This document shows, piece after piece, positions 25,001-36,141 of a stretch of DNA of 64,000 nt. Positions within the stretch are counted from its first letter, which is position 1. Each line of letters starts with the position of its first letter. The notes beneath the pieces were generated by a model that was not told the origin of the DNA, made no database searches, and saw only the letters and a list, made by a program, of their open reading frames with translations. The position numbers were made by a program, and so were the translations under genes. Source of the stretch: Tubiluchus corallicola (lineage: Eukaryota; Animalia; Priapulida); contig JAQGDQ010000672.1 of assembly GCA_030141605.1 (NCBI GenBank), positions 1 through 64,000 on the forward strand. The letters run 5' to 3'.

Positions 25001-28000
25001 TTGCAAATGCTTATCGCGTTTTTTAGTTTTTGAAGTTGGTTTCACAACTTTCCGAGAAGGTCTGTGTGGAGAAGTTTCCAGTTTAGAAACTGCTTGAGAA
25101 GGAAGATGTGGAGAAACTTCAGGTTTTGTAACTGTTCGAGAAGGAAGGTGTGGAGAGGCTTTTCCAATGGCTAGAGAAGAAAGGTGAGGGGGAGGCTTTG
25201 GAGAAACATCGGTTCGATATTTTCCAATTTCTGGTAAAACTTCTTTTTCCTTCTCCTTCCTCCCTGGAAGCCCCAAATCAGTTTCCACAGACCTTTCTGG
25301 TTTTCGAATAGGCTTCCATTTACTGCTTGCACGATGCATGTGGACTTCTTTAGTTTTTAGGGAAGCTTTTCTTGCCTTTTCAAGATTTGGCAATTGTGGT
25401 TGATCTTTCTCAGCTTCTTCAAGAGCCTCTTGCTTCTCACCATCTGGTGGCAAAATGTCTTTTTCCTTCTGTGTTCTTTGACGAATTGGGGAGTACTTGT
25501 GATCTTTCTTAATTCTTGGAAGATGTTCTGATTTTTTGATAACTGGCGAAACCACTTCTTCAGTTTCAAAAACCTTTTCTGCGACCAATTCTTCAGTCTC
25601 TAAAGCTTTTTGTGGAACAATTTCTTCCGTCTTTAAAACCCTTTGTGGGCCTTCAACAGCTGGCAAATGTATGAGATCTTTTTGTATTTCTGGGAGAGAA
25701 GTCTGTTTCCTGATTAGTGGTGCAATTAGCTTTTTAGTCTTTGGGATGGGTCCCGAACATGACTTCCGAAGAAAGGGCAATCTAGTTCCAATTTTCTCAC
25801 TTTCTTGATTGGGTTCTTGTTTATAATCTGACGGAGAAACTGAGGCTGGAAAAGTTATGAGCTTTTGCAGACTTTCTGTGACACTAGGAGGCCCAACTGA
25901 AAAAGGCGCATAGTCTTCCTCACTTCCTGGAAACACTTGCTGCTGCTCAGAATCTTGAGTACTTATGAGAGGTTCAACATCTTTCGAGTAATCTTCTTGA
26001 ACTGAAAGTCCTGCAAAACTTTCTTCACTAGCTGGAGGACCTAGCCACTCTTTTTCGGTTTCCTGGTAATACTCCAGCTTATCACCTGGATAACTTTCCT
26101 CATCAGATTCAACAGGAGTAGTTTTTCTTTGATCCACCTTTGTTATAGAATGTCTCCTGATGAACTCGTCGAATGACATTTCCTTCATATGTACATCCTC
26201 AGCTATTTTTCTTACAAATGTCGTAGTGAGCGCTTGGCAGAATTTATCTCGTGGTACTCGTAAAATTTGTCCTTCAACGCAGATAAGAGTCAATTTTCTT
26301 TTAACTGGAATAACCCTTTTTGGACGAGGTGCCTGACGTTTGGGGAAAGGGTAATGTTTATGCACAAGTAGTGGTTTACACAAGAGAATATGTTTATGTG
26401 GTAGTTCTCTTCGTCGAGGAGGAACTTGCTGTTTACTTTGAAGAACTTTCTGCTGTCTTGCTTGCCATGCAGTTGACTTTTCAAAACGTGGTCGAAGTCC
26501 AAGTTTCTCTGCAGTCTTTAACTCTAGGCGAGGTATAAACCCAGTTTGCTGGGTGATTTCTAGTATAAGGTTTGCTATAATGTCAGCTTGCTGTGTGGAG
26601 GGCAGATTCAGATGTGGTAAAAGACTCACCCATTGAGCCAAATCTAGATCAATTTGTGGCACAAGGCCAGCAAGTTGTGCAACAGCCAGGTCAATTTTTG
26701 GTGCAAGTCCAGCTTGTTGTACAACTGCTAGATCGAGTTGTGGTGCAAGTCCAGTGTTTTGGGCAGCAGCCAAGTCAATTTCTGGCACGAGACCAGCTTG
26801 CTGTGCAGCAACAAATTCGACTGGAGGAACAAGTCCCGCTTGCTGTGCGGAAATCAGGGTAACCTGAGGCACAAGTCCAACTCGTTGTGCCACAGCCAGA
26901 TCAATTTTTGGTACAAAATCAGCGTCCAATGCTGCGGCTAGACTGACTCTTGGCACCAGTCCAGCTTGCTGTGCAGAAGCAAGACTAATTTGTGACACAA
27001 GTTCAGCTTGAGTCTTGCTTGGCAAAAGTTTAGCTTGTTCTGCAGCATGCAGATCCAGATGAGGCAAAAGACCGGCTTGCTGTGCGTCAACCAAGTCAAT
27101 TTCTGGCACCAAGTTGGCTTCTTGTGCTGCAGCCAAGTCAGTTCGTGGCACCAGTCCGAGTTGCTCTGCAGCAGACAGGTCAATTTCTGGCACCAAGTTG
27201 GCTTCTTGTGCTGCAGCCAAGTCAGTTCGTGGCACCAGTCCGAGTTGCTCTGCAGCAGACAGGTCAATTTCTGGCACCAAGTTGGCTTCTTGTGCTGCAG
27301 CCAAGTCAGTTCGTGGCACCAGTCCGAGTTGCTCTGCAGCAGACAGGTCAATTTCTGGCACCAAGTTGGCTTCTTGTGCTGCAGCCAAGTCAGTTCGTGG
27401 CACCAGTCCGAGTTGCTCTGCAGCAGACAGGTCAATTTGCGGCACAAGTTCAGCTTGCAATACGGCAGCTAGATCAATCTGTGGGACAAGTCCAGCTAGT
27501 TGTGCTTCAACTAGATCGATTTCCGGTATAAGGCCACATTGCTGTGCAGCAGCTAAATCTATTTGAGGTATAAGTCCAGCCTGCAATGCTGCAGTCACAT
27601 CAATTCGCGGCACAAGTCCGGCTTGCTGTGCAACACCCAGATCAATTTTAGGGACAAGTCCAGCTCGCTGTGCAGTCGCCAGGTCAATTATAGGCACAAG
27701 TCCAGTTTGCTGTGCAGTTGCCACATCAATTCTTTGTTCGGACTGGTAAATACTTGGGAGACCTGTAATAGAACTGTAGACCTGTTTCCATGAATATAAC
27801 CATTCGCCACGAAGGTAATAGTGCAGATTATAATCAAAGCACCTGGCATGCCCATCGAGCAAGCAGATATTTTTCAGCCAACGTTGATATGGTGATTTTT
27901 GTAATAAATTGCGTAATGGTGGTGCAGTTCTTGGTTGTATTGTGCGCCTTTGTATAACATGTTCAGGTTGCTTAGAATCAGATAATGTTTTTGGCCTTAG

Positions 28001-28273
28001 GCAGCCCTTCCTGATAAGACTGTAATATTTTCCTCGTCTACGCACAAAACTGCGACGTATAGAGTAATGAGCTGGTTTTTTGAAGTTTGTCTGTATAACT
28101 AAGTTTGGCAGCTCTCTTCCTTTGGCAGCTTCAGGAAGCTGTGACAATGGTTTTACAGGAGCCAATCTCTCTTCTGGAGACCTGCCTCTTGTACACTTCA
28201 CCGTCTTGTTCGCCTTTTGCTGCTGCTTCTCATCCTGTTGATCAATAGCCTTCCTTTTGCGCCATTTTGCCAT
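22094..28273 (-). CDS. Intronless 2059-aa uncharacterised protein: basic N-terminus, ~29 x 14-aa repeats, low-complexity middle, 10 x 15-aa repeats, globular C-terminal domain possibly with degenerate EF-hands
   Basis: 6.18-kb uninterrupted ORF in AT-rich DNA; repeat units are multiples of 3 nt; AATAAA (minus strand) ~110 nt after the stop. Confidence 0.85.
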   Translation of the reverse strand: MAKWRKRKAIDQQDEKQQQKANKTVKCTRGRSPEERLAPVKPLSQLPEAAKGRELPNLVIQTNFKKPAHYSIRRSFVRRRGKYYSLIRKGCLRPKTLSDSKQPEHVIQRRTIQPRTAPPLRNLLQKSPYQRWLKNICLLDGHARCFDYNLHYYLRGEWLYSWKQVYSSITGLPSIYQSEQRIDVATAQQTGLVPIIDLATAQRAGLVPKIDLGVAQQAGLVPRIDVTAALQAGLIPQIDLAAAQQCGLIPEIDLVEAQLAGLVPQIDLAAVLQAELVPQIDLSAAEQLGLVPRTDLAAAQEANLVPEIDLSAAEQLGLVPRTDLAAAQEANLVPEIDLSAAEQLGLVPRTDLAAAQEANLVPEIDLSAAEQLGLVPRTDLAAAQEANLVPEIDLVDAQQAGLLPHLDLHAAEQAKLLPSKTQAELVSQISLASAQQAGLVPRVSLAAALDADFVPKIDLAVAQRVGLVPQVTLISAQQAGLVPPVEFVAAQQAGLVPEIDLAAAQNTGLAPQLDLAVVQQAGLAPKIDLAVAQLAGLVPQIDLDLAQWVSLLPHLNLPSTQQADIIANLILEITQQTGFIPRLELKTAEKLGLRPRFEKSTAWQARQQKVLQSKQQVPPRRRELPHKHILLCKPLLVHKHYPFPKRQAPRPKRVIPVKRKLTLICVEGQILRVPRDKFCQALTTTFVRKIAEDVHMKEMSFDEFIRRHSITKVDQRKTTPVESDEESYPGDKLEYYQETEKEWLGPPASEESFAGLSVQEDYSKDVEPLISTQDSEQQQVFPGSEEDYAPFSVGPPSVTESLQKLITFPASVSPSDYKQEPNQESEKIGTRLPFLRKSCSGPIPKTKKLIAPLIRKQTSLPEIQKDLIHLPAVEGPQRVLKTEEIVPQKALETEELVAEKVFETEEVVSPVIKKSEHLPRIKKDHKYSPIRQRTQKEKDILPPDGEKQEALEEAEKDQPQLPNLEKARKASLKTKEVHMHRASSKWKPIRKPERSVETDLGLPGRKEKEKEVLPEIGKYRTDVSPKPPPHLSSLAIGKASPHLPSRTVTKPEVSPHLPSQAVSKLETSPHRPSRKVVKPTSKTKKRDKHLQIHKKPKGPTLKVHEAHLHRLSSKWKAMPKLEGSTEDLLGLPGRKKEEFFSDVTKEKPTTKITKEQISAPAGEEPLPEKGQGPIPKQDLISQSGTILKPYVTTKDRKHLRYHPLKTPSPRPSHLLPSSVDLEKIYTPTIRDFIPTAAELKEMYADDLLKTYSGSDRECMAAALKLQKTASGGILTPSGHVLHMPVEDFIETCAGATEDTDTLKKLYGRVTVVSGVSLSPEQMDKLIKALEEQESRPAKAVAEDALAGEQASLILPKDSVWLKEQTIPVSISEPSKLDRDLASHRDFYQVAKKDKVEKPLPGVESREKDKVEKPLPGVESREKGKVEQPLPGVESMEKDKVEKPLPGVESREKDKVEKPLPGVESREKDKEEKPLPGLESRENDKVEKPLPDVELREKNQVEKPLPGVELREKDQVEKPLTGVELREKDKVEKPLPGVELGPGIESREKAVLDRDIDVHEHLPDLGVREKLSPAQLLTEEEITSKPALDQIGAEFSKGRIFPEKSIDFKTLMDRKSTKILKTFSDKSIRLKTARDSESFLLPRGYSDPTAAVSLSKSEEAVRKEKVTDVAAGEWKRSIVPRERMHGRLSMPADEPMLQKTLTRDTVSLPTPSWIPSPYASYVSSKPCSELSKLSSELSKKPSEISKSFVFVPRIDSAALHARSESMKEQLMEEVLNEFLRDLILSEMAETSVMNFFEEELADLGPVVITDAAREKARLLIQKKLEEFSKKTFRSHVQRVMSVRDPLLRGARKKTSRIELNRYLMEEIPWKQNASRFTLPMDLRELESLNPMEYVKKYCKIVPHKEAQLYKCFAKFKDAKLGTLSEKLVKLALEEVYLDVLRSMPWEKAAHLIGILPNSTIDFKTFASLCILMERLYWRRDDTFHRINPRKYHQDQLERADFHSLPGKLSGLTVPLDTLRLLYNISCAVNNRQPRQKPKVLDVDVVEVKTPTARNLHELSR

Positions 28274-28734
28274 TTCTGATCTCTGCTGCGTACCAGAAAA
28301 TCAAATTTATTTGAAACTTCTGATATCGTCATGACAACACTTTAACATAGAAACAGTAAAACAAAATTTCTGAATGACACAAAATATTGTATGTCTGATG
28401 AGAAACCATCCACAGCGATGAATGAAAGAATAAATGAATGAATGAATGAATGAATGCGTACAATTTTTGAGTAAGGATGTGTGGTAAGTTAAAACTCATT
28501 AAAAAAAGAAAATCAAAATACTAATCCTTTCTTAAACGAATGAACCTTTCTACAGACTTTATACCGGTATCATTTTAACAGTTTATATTGAAATTATTTT
28601 GGATACTTTCAAATTTCAAATTTTAAGTGAGTGGTCTGTGTATGTGTATAATATGATGGAGCTGTATGTTTTACAGTCTCCCGTCTTCAACATTTGCAGC
28701 AGTTTTTTACTAAAATCACGAAAGCTAGAAACAG

Positions 28735-29778
28735 TGCTGAAAACGAAAATACAAAATTATGAAAGGTAGGGACAATGCTGGAAACGAAAATACAAAATTA
28801 TGAAAGGTAGGGACAATGCTGGAAACGAAAATACAAAATTATGAAAGGTAGGGACAATGCTGGAAACGAAAATACAAATCATGAAAGGTAGGGACAATGC
28901 TGAAAACGAAAATACAAAATTATGAAAGGTAGGGACAATGCTGGAAAGGAAAATACAAATCATGAAAGGTAGGGACAATGCTGGAAAGGAAAATACAAAT
29001 CATGAAAGGTAGGGACAATGCTGGAAAGGAAAATACAAATCATGAAAGGTAGGGACATGCTGGAAAGGAAAATACAAATCATGAAAGGTAGGGACAATGC
29101 TGGAAACGAAAATACAAATCATGAAATGCAGAAATAGTGCTGGAAACGAAAATACAAATCATGAAAGGTAGGGACAATGCTGGAAATGAAAATACAAATC
29201 ATGAAATGCAGAAATAGTGCTGGAAACGAAAATACAAATCATGAAAGGTAGGGACAATGCTGGAAAGGAAAATACAAATCATGAAAGGCAGGGACAATGC
29301 TAGAAACGAAAATACAAATCATGAAAGGTAGGGACAATGCTGGAAAGGAAAATACAAATCATGAAAGGTAGGGACAATGCTGGAAAGGAAAATACAAATC
29401 ATGAAAGGTAGGGACAATGCTGGAAAGGAAAATACAAATCATGAAAGGTAGGGACAATGCTGGAAACGAAAATACAAATCATGAAATGCAGAAATAGTGC
29501 TGGAAACGAAAATACAAATCATGAAAGGTAGGGACAATGCTGGAAACGAAAATACAAATCATGAAATGCAGAAATAGTGCTGGAAACAAAAATACAAATC
29601 ATGAAAGGTAGGGACAATGCTGGAAAGGAAAATACAAATCATGAAAGGTAGGGACAATGCTAGAAACGAAAATACAAATCATGAAAGGTAGGGACAATGC
29701 TGGAAACGAAAATACAAATCATGAAAGGTAGGGGACAATGCTGGAAACGAAAATATAAATCATGAAAGGTAGGGACAA
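28735..29778. repeat. 40/41-bp minisatellite, ~26 copies
   Basis: Unit GGAAACGAAAATACAAATCATGAAAGGTAGGGACAATGCT with an interspersed ATGAAATGCAGAAATAGTGC variant. Confidence 0.95.
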
Positions 29779-32207
29779 TTTTATTTTTTAATTCTGCTTT
29801 CTTCTGTTTTAAGTACAATAAGCAACATTATTATAGCAAACAGAAAAAGTATCTTTATATGCAGCTTATCTTTTACTCATTTTGCTTAAACACTCACTTT
29901 CACGTAAAGCTGAACATGCTGCTGTCAGTCAACCATTTGATTGTCATATTGCATTGTAGCGCCGCCTACTGGGAAAAAATTGTAGTACTTTAATAACATA
30001 ACTTGTACTAAAATTGAAATGATTTACAATTGCTTATGCTCACTGTGCCACCTGTTGCCAAATGTACCAGGGGCCGAGACCATAGACTCTAAATATCTGA
30101 GGCGGTAATAAGTTAAATTGGTTGAAATGATTATAATAACTACGGCAAAATAATTAATAATAATTCATGGTTTTTGTTTAATAACAAGCAACTTTAATCC
30201 AAAAAACTTTTGAAACATGTTGAAACTGATAAATCTTCCAATTATGATGTCATTATTGTTGCTTACAGTTCATTCCAGAGTGTTAGTTTTAGTGACAAAT
30301 ATCCTATAATTGTAAAAAAACATCATTTGTTAATAGCTGTCACTATCATTGTTACAACGAACCTGTAATTTACTTAGAAAGCGACACAATTTTTAGTTGA
30401 ACAAGCTTACGCGCCTTGAAACAAATTAGCAATCTATCATGCCACATTAAACATGTAGTGAAGCACCATATGAAGAATTAGCAAGAAGTCCAGCTTTGTG
30501 CATTTGTTGTTGCTGCCATCATTTTCTGTTGAATTGCAATAAACATTGATCTCTCCATCTGCTATTCAGATTTTGACAGCTCATTGAGACAAAATAGTCA
30601 CACATGTTTTTTGTATAAAAATTATCTTATTCGATCATTAATCTAGTGGTATATAAAAATTTATGTTCAGACAAAAGTAAGCAGAAACCCACGGTCGTGT
30701 TTACGTCTGACTATACCTGGTCAGGTGTGGTAAACTCATGTCAATACTTGTAGACTATTACGCTCAAGCATGACTAACCAATGTGCACGACACTAGCAAC
30801 TAATTTGAAATTTCGTGACTCTGGTTTTTGAGTTACTTAATGCTACAACTTGAGCGGTAAAGCCATTTGCATTAATTTTCACATTTCGGCTCCTGTTTCG
30901 GTTGATGTTTTTTATTTTTTTATGCTTTTACATCTACACCTTTGTCTCGGCCCATACATTGCAGGTGTCTATCCTACAGATTTCATCATTCTAGACTTCT
31001 CCATTTCGCAGAATTAAAATAAAAAGTTGTTGCCTAGTAACTGATAAAAGATACGTGTCAAAGATTCTCCTAGATTTTTCAGATCTAGCACTTTTAGGTT
31101 ATTGTTCCAATTTTTTTATCATCTTTATTACAGCTTTATCCTAAAAATAAGTTTACCATTAGAAATAGTAAATTAGTTAGGCCTTTTTTTATTATTTATT
31201 ATTGCCAATTTCACGATTGTTTTGATTACAATTATTACCAAAAAAATCATTAGACAGCCAATATTTTTTTATTTAATTAAACTGTTTTATTGACGGATTA
31301 ACAAGTGACCAAACAGAAATAATCAGCTTCCTGCAACTTTTAAAGGCATTACAAATGTTAACGCAACACACAGTAACTCAAAGCAAAATTAAAAAGAACG
31401 CAAAGCAATAATTTCTTTAAACGATAAGGTGGACAACCAATTTAAAAACGGTTTGAAAAAAGATTACTGCTGGTTGCAGTTAACAAAAAGTTACAGTTAA
31501 GAAATTCGCATTCAACGTTTTCTAATTACACGATTTAGCCTAGATAATTATAATCTATATAGCATCAACAATGTCTACATATGTACAATAATTATAAAAA
31601 TATTATAATAAGTTATGTTACATTTGCTAAAAGTGTTTCAAATACAAAACGGCAGACGTATTTCCGACATGCTAAAATTGCTACACAACCGATAACAGCA
31701 GAACAAAAAATAAAGTCTTACCCACCATTACATGAAGATGCAGTAACTAAAACAGTTACTCTACCATTACACGAAGCAGCAGTAACTAAAACAGTTACTC
31801 TACAGAGCAATACTTACACATAGCAAAATTTATTAAATTTTGAAGCTAAATAATAGCTACGAAACATTTAAAACCTTCTAGGACATGCTTGGCACTACAA
31901 ACGAAAACGAGAGATGCGGGAAATCTTTGAAAGTAAAAGACCGAAAAGCATTTGTGAAGAGAGTCGTGCAAGTTTGCAATAACCATACTTGACGAATATT
32001 TTTACGAAAAACTTGTCGTGTTTATCTAACAGGCAACAAAAAGGTTTACAATAACACACAGATAACAAAGAATTTGCACATTGCACACTCTAAACATAAA
32101 TGACGCGTGATCTCTCATATTTGCAGGAAGATTCATGAATGAGTGGTAGACAAAACCTCTTAAATTACAATCGATGTACAGGAAAGTGACAGTACAGTAG
32201 GCGCCGC

Positions 32208-32592
32208 TTAATAGACTCACTTTGGCAAGGAAGTGTTTTGGTCCAATTAACCGACTGAGTCAATTACCGACAGTTTTTGAGTCAATTATGAGGAGTTATT
32301 TCAGTCAATTATCTGCAGGTTTGAGTCAATTATGAGGAGTTATTTGAGCCAATTATCAGTAGTTTTTGAGTCAATTATCAGTAGTTTTTGAGTCAATTGT
32401 GAGGAGTTATTCGAGTCAATTATTGGCAGTTTTTGAGTCATTTGTAAGCAGTTATTCGAGTCAGTTACTGGCAGTTTTTGAGTCAATTATGAGGAGTTAT
32501 TTCAGTCAATTACCGACAATTTTTATACACATCTGAAAAGAGTCGACCAGCACCAGGTGTTTTTGAGTCAATAAAGTGACCGAGTCTATTAA
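32208..32592. repeat. ~22-bp degenerate tandem array (TGAGTCAATTA core) between short inverted repeats
   Basis: TTAATAGACTC...ACTTT at the left end and AAAGTGACCGAGTCTATTAA at the right end. Confidence 0.75.
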
Positions 32593-33299
32593 CCGTGAGT
32601 CTAATAAACCTACTGTACTAAAACAAACAGCAGATGCTTGCACAATTCACAGAACAACTTTGAATGCACTGAATATAAAATCAGTCTAAAATTTTTCCCA
32701 AGATAAAAAATTAAAAATGCAAGACTTTCAGCACGGGGGCATAAAAGTGAAAAAGGAAAAAAAACTGCAACGAAAAGAAATGAATGGTTTCCAAACATGG
32801 TAAAACTGAACTTATTCTCTTGTATTGTTAAAAATGGGCAAGCTCCAAAAAATAGTGAAGGCATTCAGTTAATGAAATTTTAAAAATTAGACGAGCTTGT
32901 TATCACATGTACAAAACGGGAATTATTTTAATGAAAATTCAAATATCAAGATTAAAGGATGAAAAAGGGATTATTCCAACAAATTCAATAACAAAAATGT
33001 AGCTGAAAAGAAGATGCAGATTCTTCGTCTTACAGTGAAAGAGTGCAGCAAAACGGGGTGCTCGAAAATGATGCAAAAACACGTGTTTACAAAGTAAGAA
33101 ATTCTAGATACATAGCATAAACTACGGAAAACTGTTTGGAAAATGAAATGCAACCCCGAAGGTAACCGATTCTTGCGTCATTCTGGTATTCCAGCATCTA
33201 CTAGGGAGGTCCTATCGCTATAAGGCAAACCGCGGGTCACCACCGCTCTCGATCACGCACGCACCGACTACGACGACGACGACGACGACGAATACGACA

Positions 33300-33420
33300 T
33301 CAGAATGACGTTAGGCTCATGCTCCGATTCACCTTCCTGCCGACTACGCGAGACTGTCGCTCTATGGGCTGCGTTACCGCCACGCCTCTCACGTACAACG
33401 CCTCGGCTTGCTTCAGCTGC
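33300..33420 (-). CDS. WEE1: Wee1 kinase exon 10 (terminal)
   Basis: ttttgcag acceptor; QLKQAE...SRVVGRKVNRSMSLTSF* matches the Wee1 C-terminal RSxS 14-3-3 motif. Confidence 0.92.
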
Positions 33421-34279
33421 CTGCAAAAAAATGCTCGTATAAAAGCTTCATCGATGCAGGTTAAGATTTCACAAAAAGGTGGCACATAACAAACAGTCAT
33501 TAAAAAATCAATAATAACTAGCAAAGGCCACGCAAAAATTTTGCATATAAATGCACCTATAATCAATAATACGCAAACATCCTACACAGTCCTCACACAT
33601 AACGCAAAACCAGCAGCAGCAGCTTTTACTGAATTAAAGTTATAGGCAGAGTATAATTGATGACGTCAGAACAATGCCTTTGCGTCAGCAGTTTTCTAAG
33701 CGAAAATTTCCAAAAATAGAACATCTAATTAACTCGTCGGCACTCCTCTTGGTGGACATGTACTAAAATATAGCCCACATTATCGTGTAGCCCCGTTCTT
33801 CCTCTTTCTAAAGAGCCATATATCTCCTTCCAAGAGTCCCACCAGGCGCTGCTATAAAGTTTTTTCCGCATGCTGTTTGATCAAAATTTTGAAAAAATCG
33901 CGAGTTGGGTCCGGGAAAACGCCCGTCACTGGACGCTGTGGCCCTCTCGCAATACACCTATGGTGCCGTCGTCGAAGCTGTAGCCTCGAAAGGTTTCATA
34001 AAAAACGGTGCAGTACAAATGTGCTGATACGCATACGCTACAAAGTACAAAATCAAATCAAAATATGGTAGAAAAACCGGATAATCGCAAATATAATGTG
34101 ATCTTTAAAAAATCATGATTTTCGTTTTGGACAAATAACAGATCTAATTAAACCAGCCAACCGTTTTATGTCCAGACGAGAGTTAAAGCACAAGAAAACC
34201 CTCCACTTACATAAAGCTCAAAAATTCGTCTCCTAATTTTATACCACTCACATACCATCTTTTTGCATACAGGGCTTGC

Positions 34280-34600
34280 GTCGGCAGTAACGCTGCATAA
34301 AACGTTTAAACTAAAACCCACGATGACCGTTAGGCGCAGCCGTTTTGACGACAGGTCGTTTGAAACAAGTTTAGATAACACTGAATAAAGTTTGAAAAAT
34401 AATTCGTAGCATATCGTTGCTAACTAACTGAAATTTTAAATTACTGTATCTTGTCAATAAGATTAAAAATACGTTTTTTGGCTTGTGAGTGGTGCACCCT
34501 GGAGGGTGAGTCAGCGACATCTTACCAATTGGCATAAATATTTTAAACAATTATATCTAGTTACATGTCTTTCCAGCAGGTAAGCGAAATAATACTATGT
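34280..34600. mobile_element. Diverged interspersed repeat, second copy at ~36428-36740
   Basis: Shared blocks GCAGTAACGCTG, TGAAACAAGTTT, CTTGTCAATAA, GTGGTGCAC, AGTTACAT..CAGGTAA in the same order. Confidence 0.55.
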
Positions 34601-35091
34601 AATATAGATTTACACAGAAACTATTTTGGGACATAATTTAACATTGCTTTTCCTCCTCCCCTGATTTATGTTTGCGTAGGCGACGTCATGTGATGGCGAC
34701 GTCGAAACAGTATTGCAGGAGATTTTAAATAAAAACAAACAAAAATTCATTTCCACACGAATATGATATACGCATGAAATTGCAGTAAAGTAGTACAATT
34801 TTTCAAGGCGATACTTCAGGTGCCCCTTTTCTTGTCCTTTAACAGCACCCCCTTCCAGTCGTAGAATCTCTTATTAAACGACTTAACACTCAACTGCATT
34901 TCATTGTGATTTGATCAACATGTTAAAGCACATCAGCGTTAATTTTCACTGCCTCTTTAGGAACACCCTGTACAATGTACTTCAAGTTAAAGTACTAGAT
35001 TTGTGAAAAATTAATGTGAACAACAGATTTTCAGCCACTGAAGGTACTCCACACATCAGAAGCCATGGAATTCGCCACTGCAGCCGAAGCC

Positions 35092-35985
35092 AGATAAAAA
35101 AGTCACAAGAAAAGTCACAGATAAAAAAGTCACAAGAAAAGTCACAGATAAAAAGGTCACAGAAAAAAGACACAAGAAAAGTCATAGATGAAAAAGTCAC
35201 AAGAAAAAACATACAAGAAAAGTCACAGGTAAAAAGTCACAGGAAAAAAGTCAGCAGAAAGGTCACAGGTAAAAAAGTCACAGGAAAAAAGTCAGCAGAA
35301 AGGTCACAGGTAAAAAAGTCACAGGAAAAGCCACAGGTAAAAAAGTCACAGGAAAAAAGTCAGCAGAAAGGTCACAGGTAAAAAAGTCAGCAGAAAGGTC
35401 ACAGGTAAAAAAGTCACAGGAAAAGTCACAGGTAAAAAAGTCAGCAGAAAGGTCACAGGTAAAAAAGTCACAGGAAAAGTCACAGGTAAAAAAGTCAGCA
35501 GAAAGGTCACAGGTAAAAAAGTCACAGGAAAAGTCACAGGTAAAAAAGTCAGCAGAAAAGTCACAGGTAAAAAAGTCAGCAGAAAAGTCATAGATGAAAA
35601 AGTCACAAGAAAAAACATACAAGAAAGGTCACAGGTAAAAAAGTCACAGGAAAAAAGTCAGCAGAAAGGTCACAGGTAAAAAAGTCACAGGAAAAGTCAC
35701 AGGTAAAAAAGTCACAGGAAAAAAGTCAGCAGAAAGGTCACAGGTAAAAAAGTCACAGGAAAAAAGTCAGCAGAAAGGTCACAGGTAAAAAAGTCACAGG
35801 TAAAAAAGTCAGCAGAAAGGTCACAGGTAAAAAAGTCACAGGAAAAGTCACAGGTAAAAAAGTCAGCAGAAAAGTCACAGGTAAAAAAGTCACAGGAAAC
35901 AAGATACAAGAAGCCACAGGTAAAAAGTCACAAGAAAAGTCACAGGAAACAACATACAAGAAAAGTCACAGGAAACAGGAAAACG
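35092..35985. repeat. AAAAGTCAC(AGG/AGC) low-complexity satellite in Wee1 intron 9
   Basis: 12-16-bp subunits; one inverted unit TTCCTGTGACTTT at ~35995. Confidence 0.9.
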
Positions 35986-36141
35986 AAGAGTTTTTTCCTG
36001 TGACTTTATTACGGGTCACCTTGTAACCCCCCCCAAAGCTTCCCGTTTCTGAAAAGACCGTATATCGTGGATTTCCTTAACCCTAACACACTAACACCAT
36101 TTACGGTAAAAAGCAATTAGCTCTGACACCACTACACCTAC

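Noticed and set aside
31280-33299. CPE-like UUUUAU words in the putative Wee1 3' UTR
   Set aside because: Expected by chance in AT-rich DNA, and the UTR end is not established
34982-35959. Lys-rich and FFTCD-repeat ORFs
   Set aside because: Low-complexity intronic satellite
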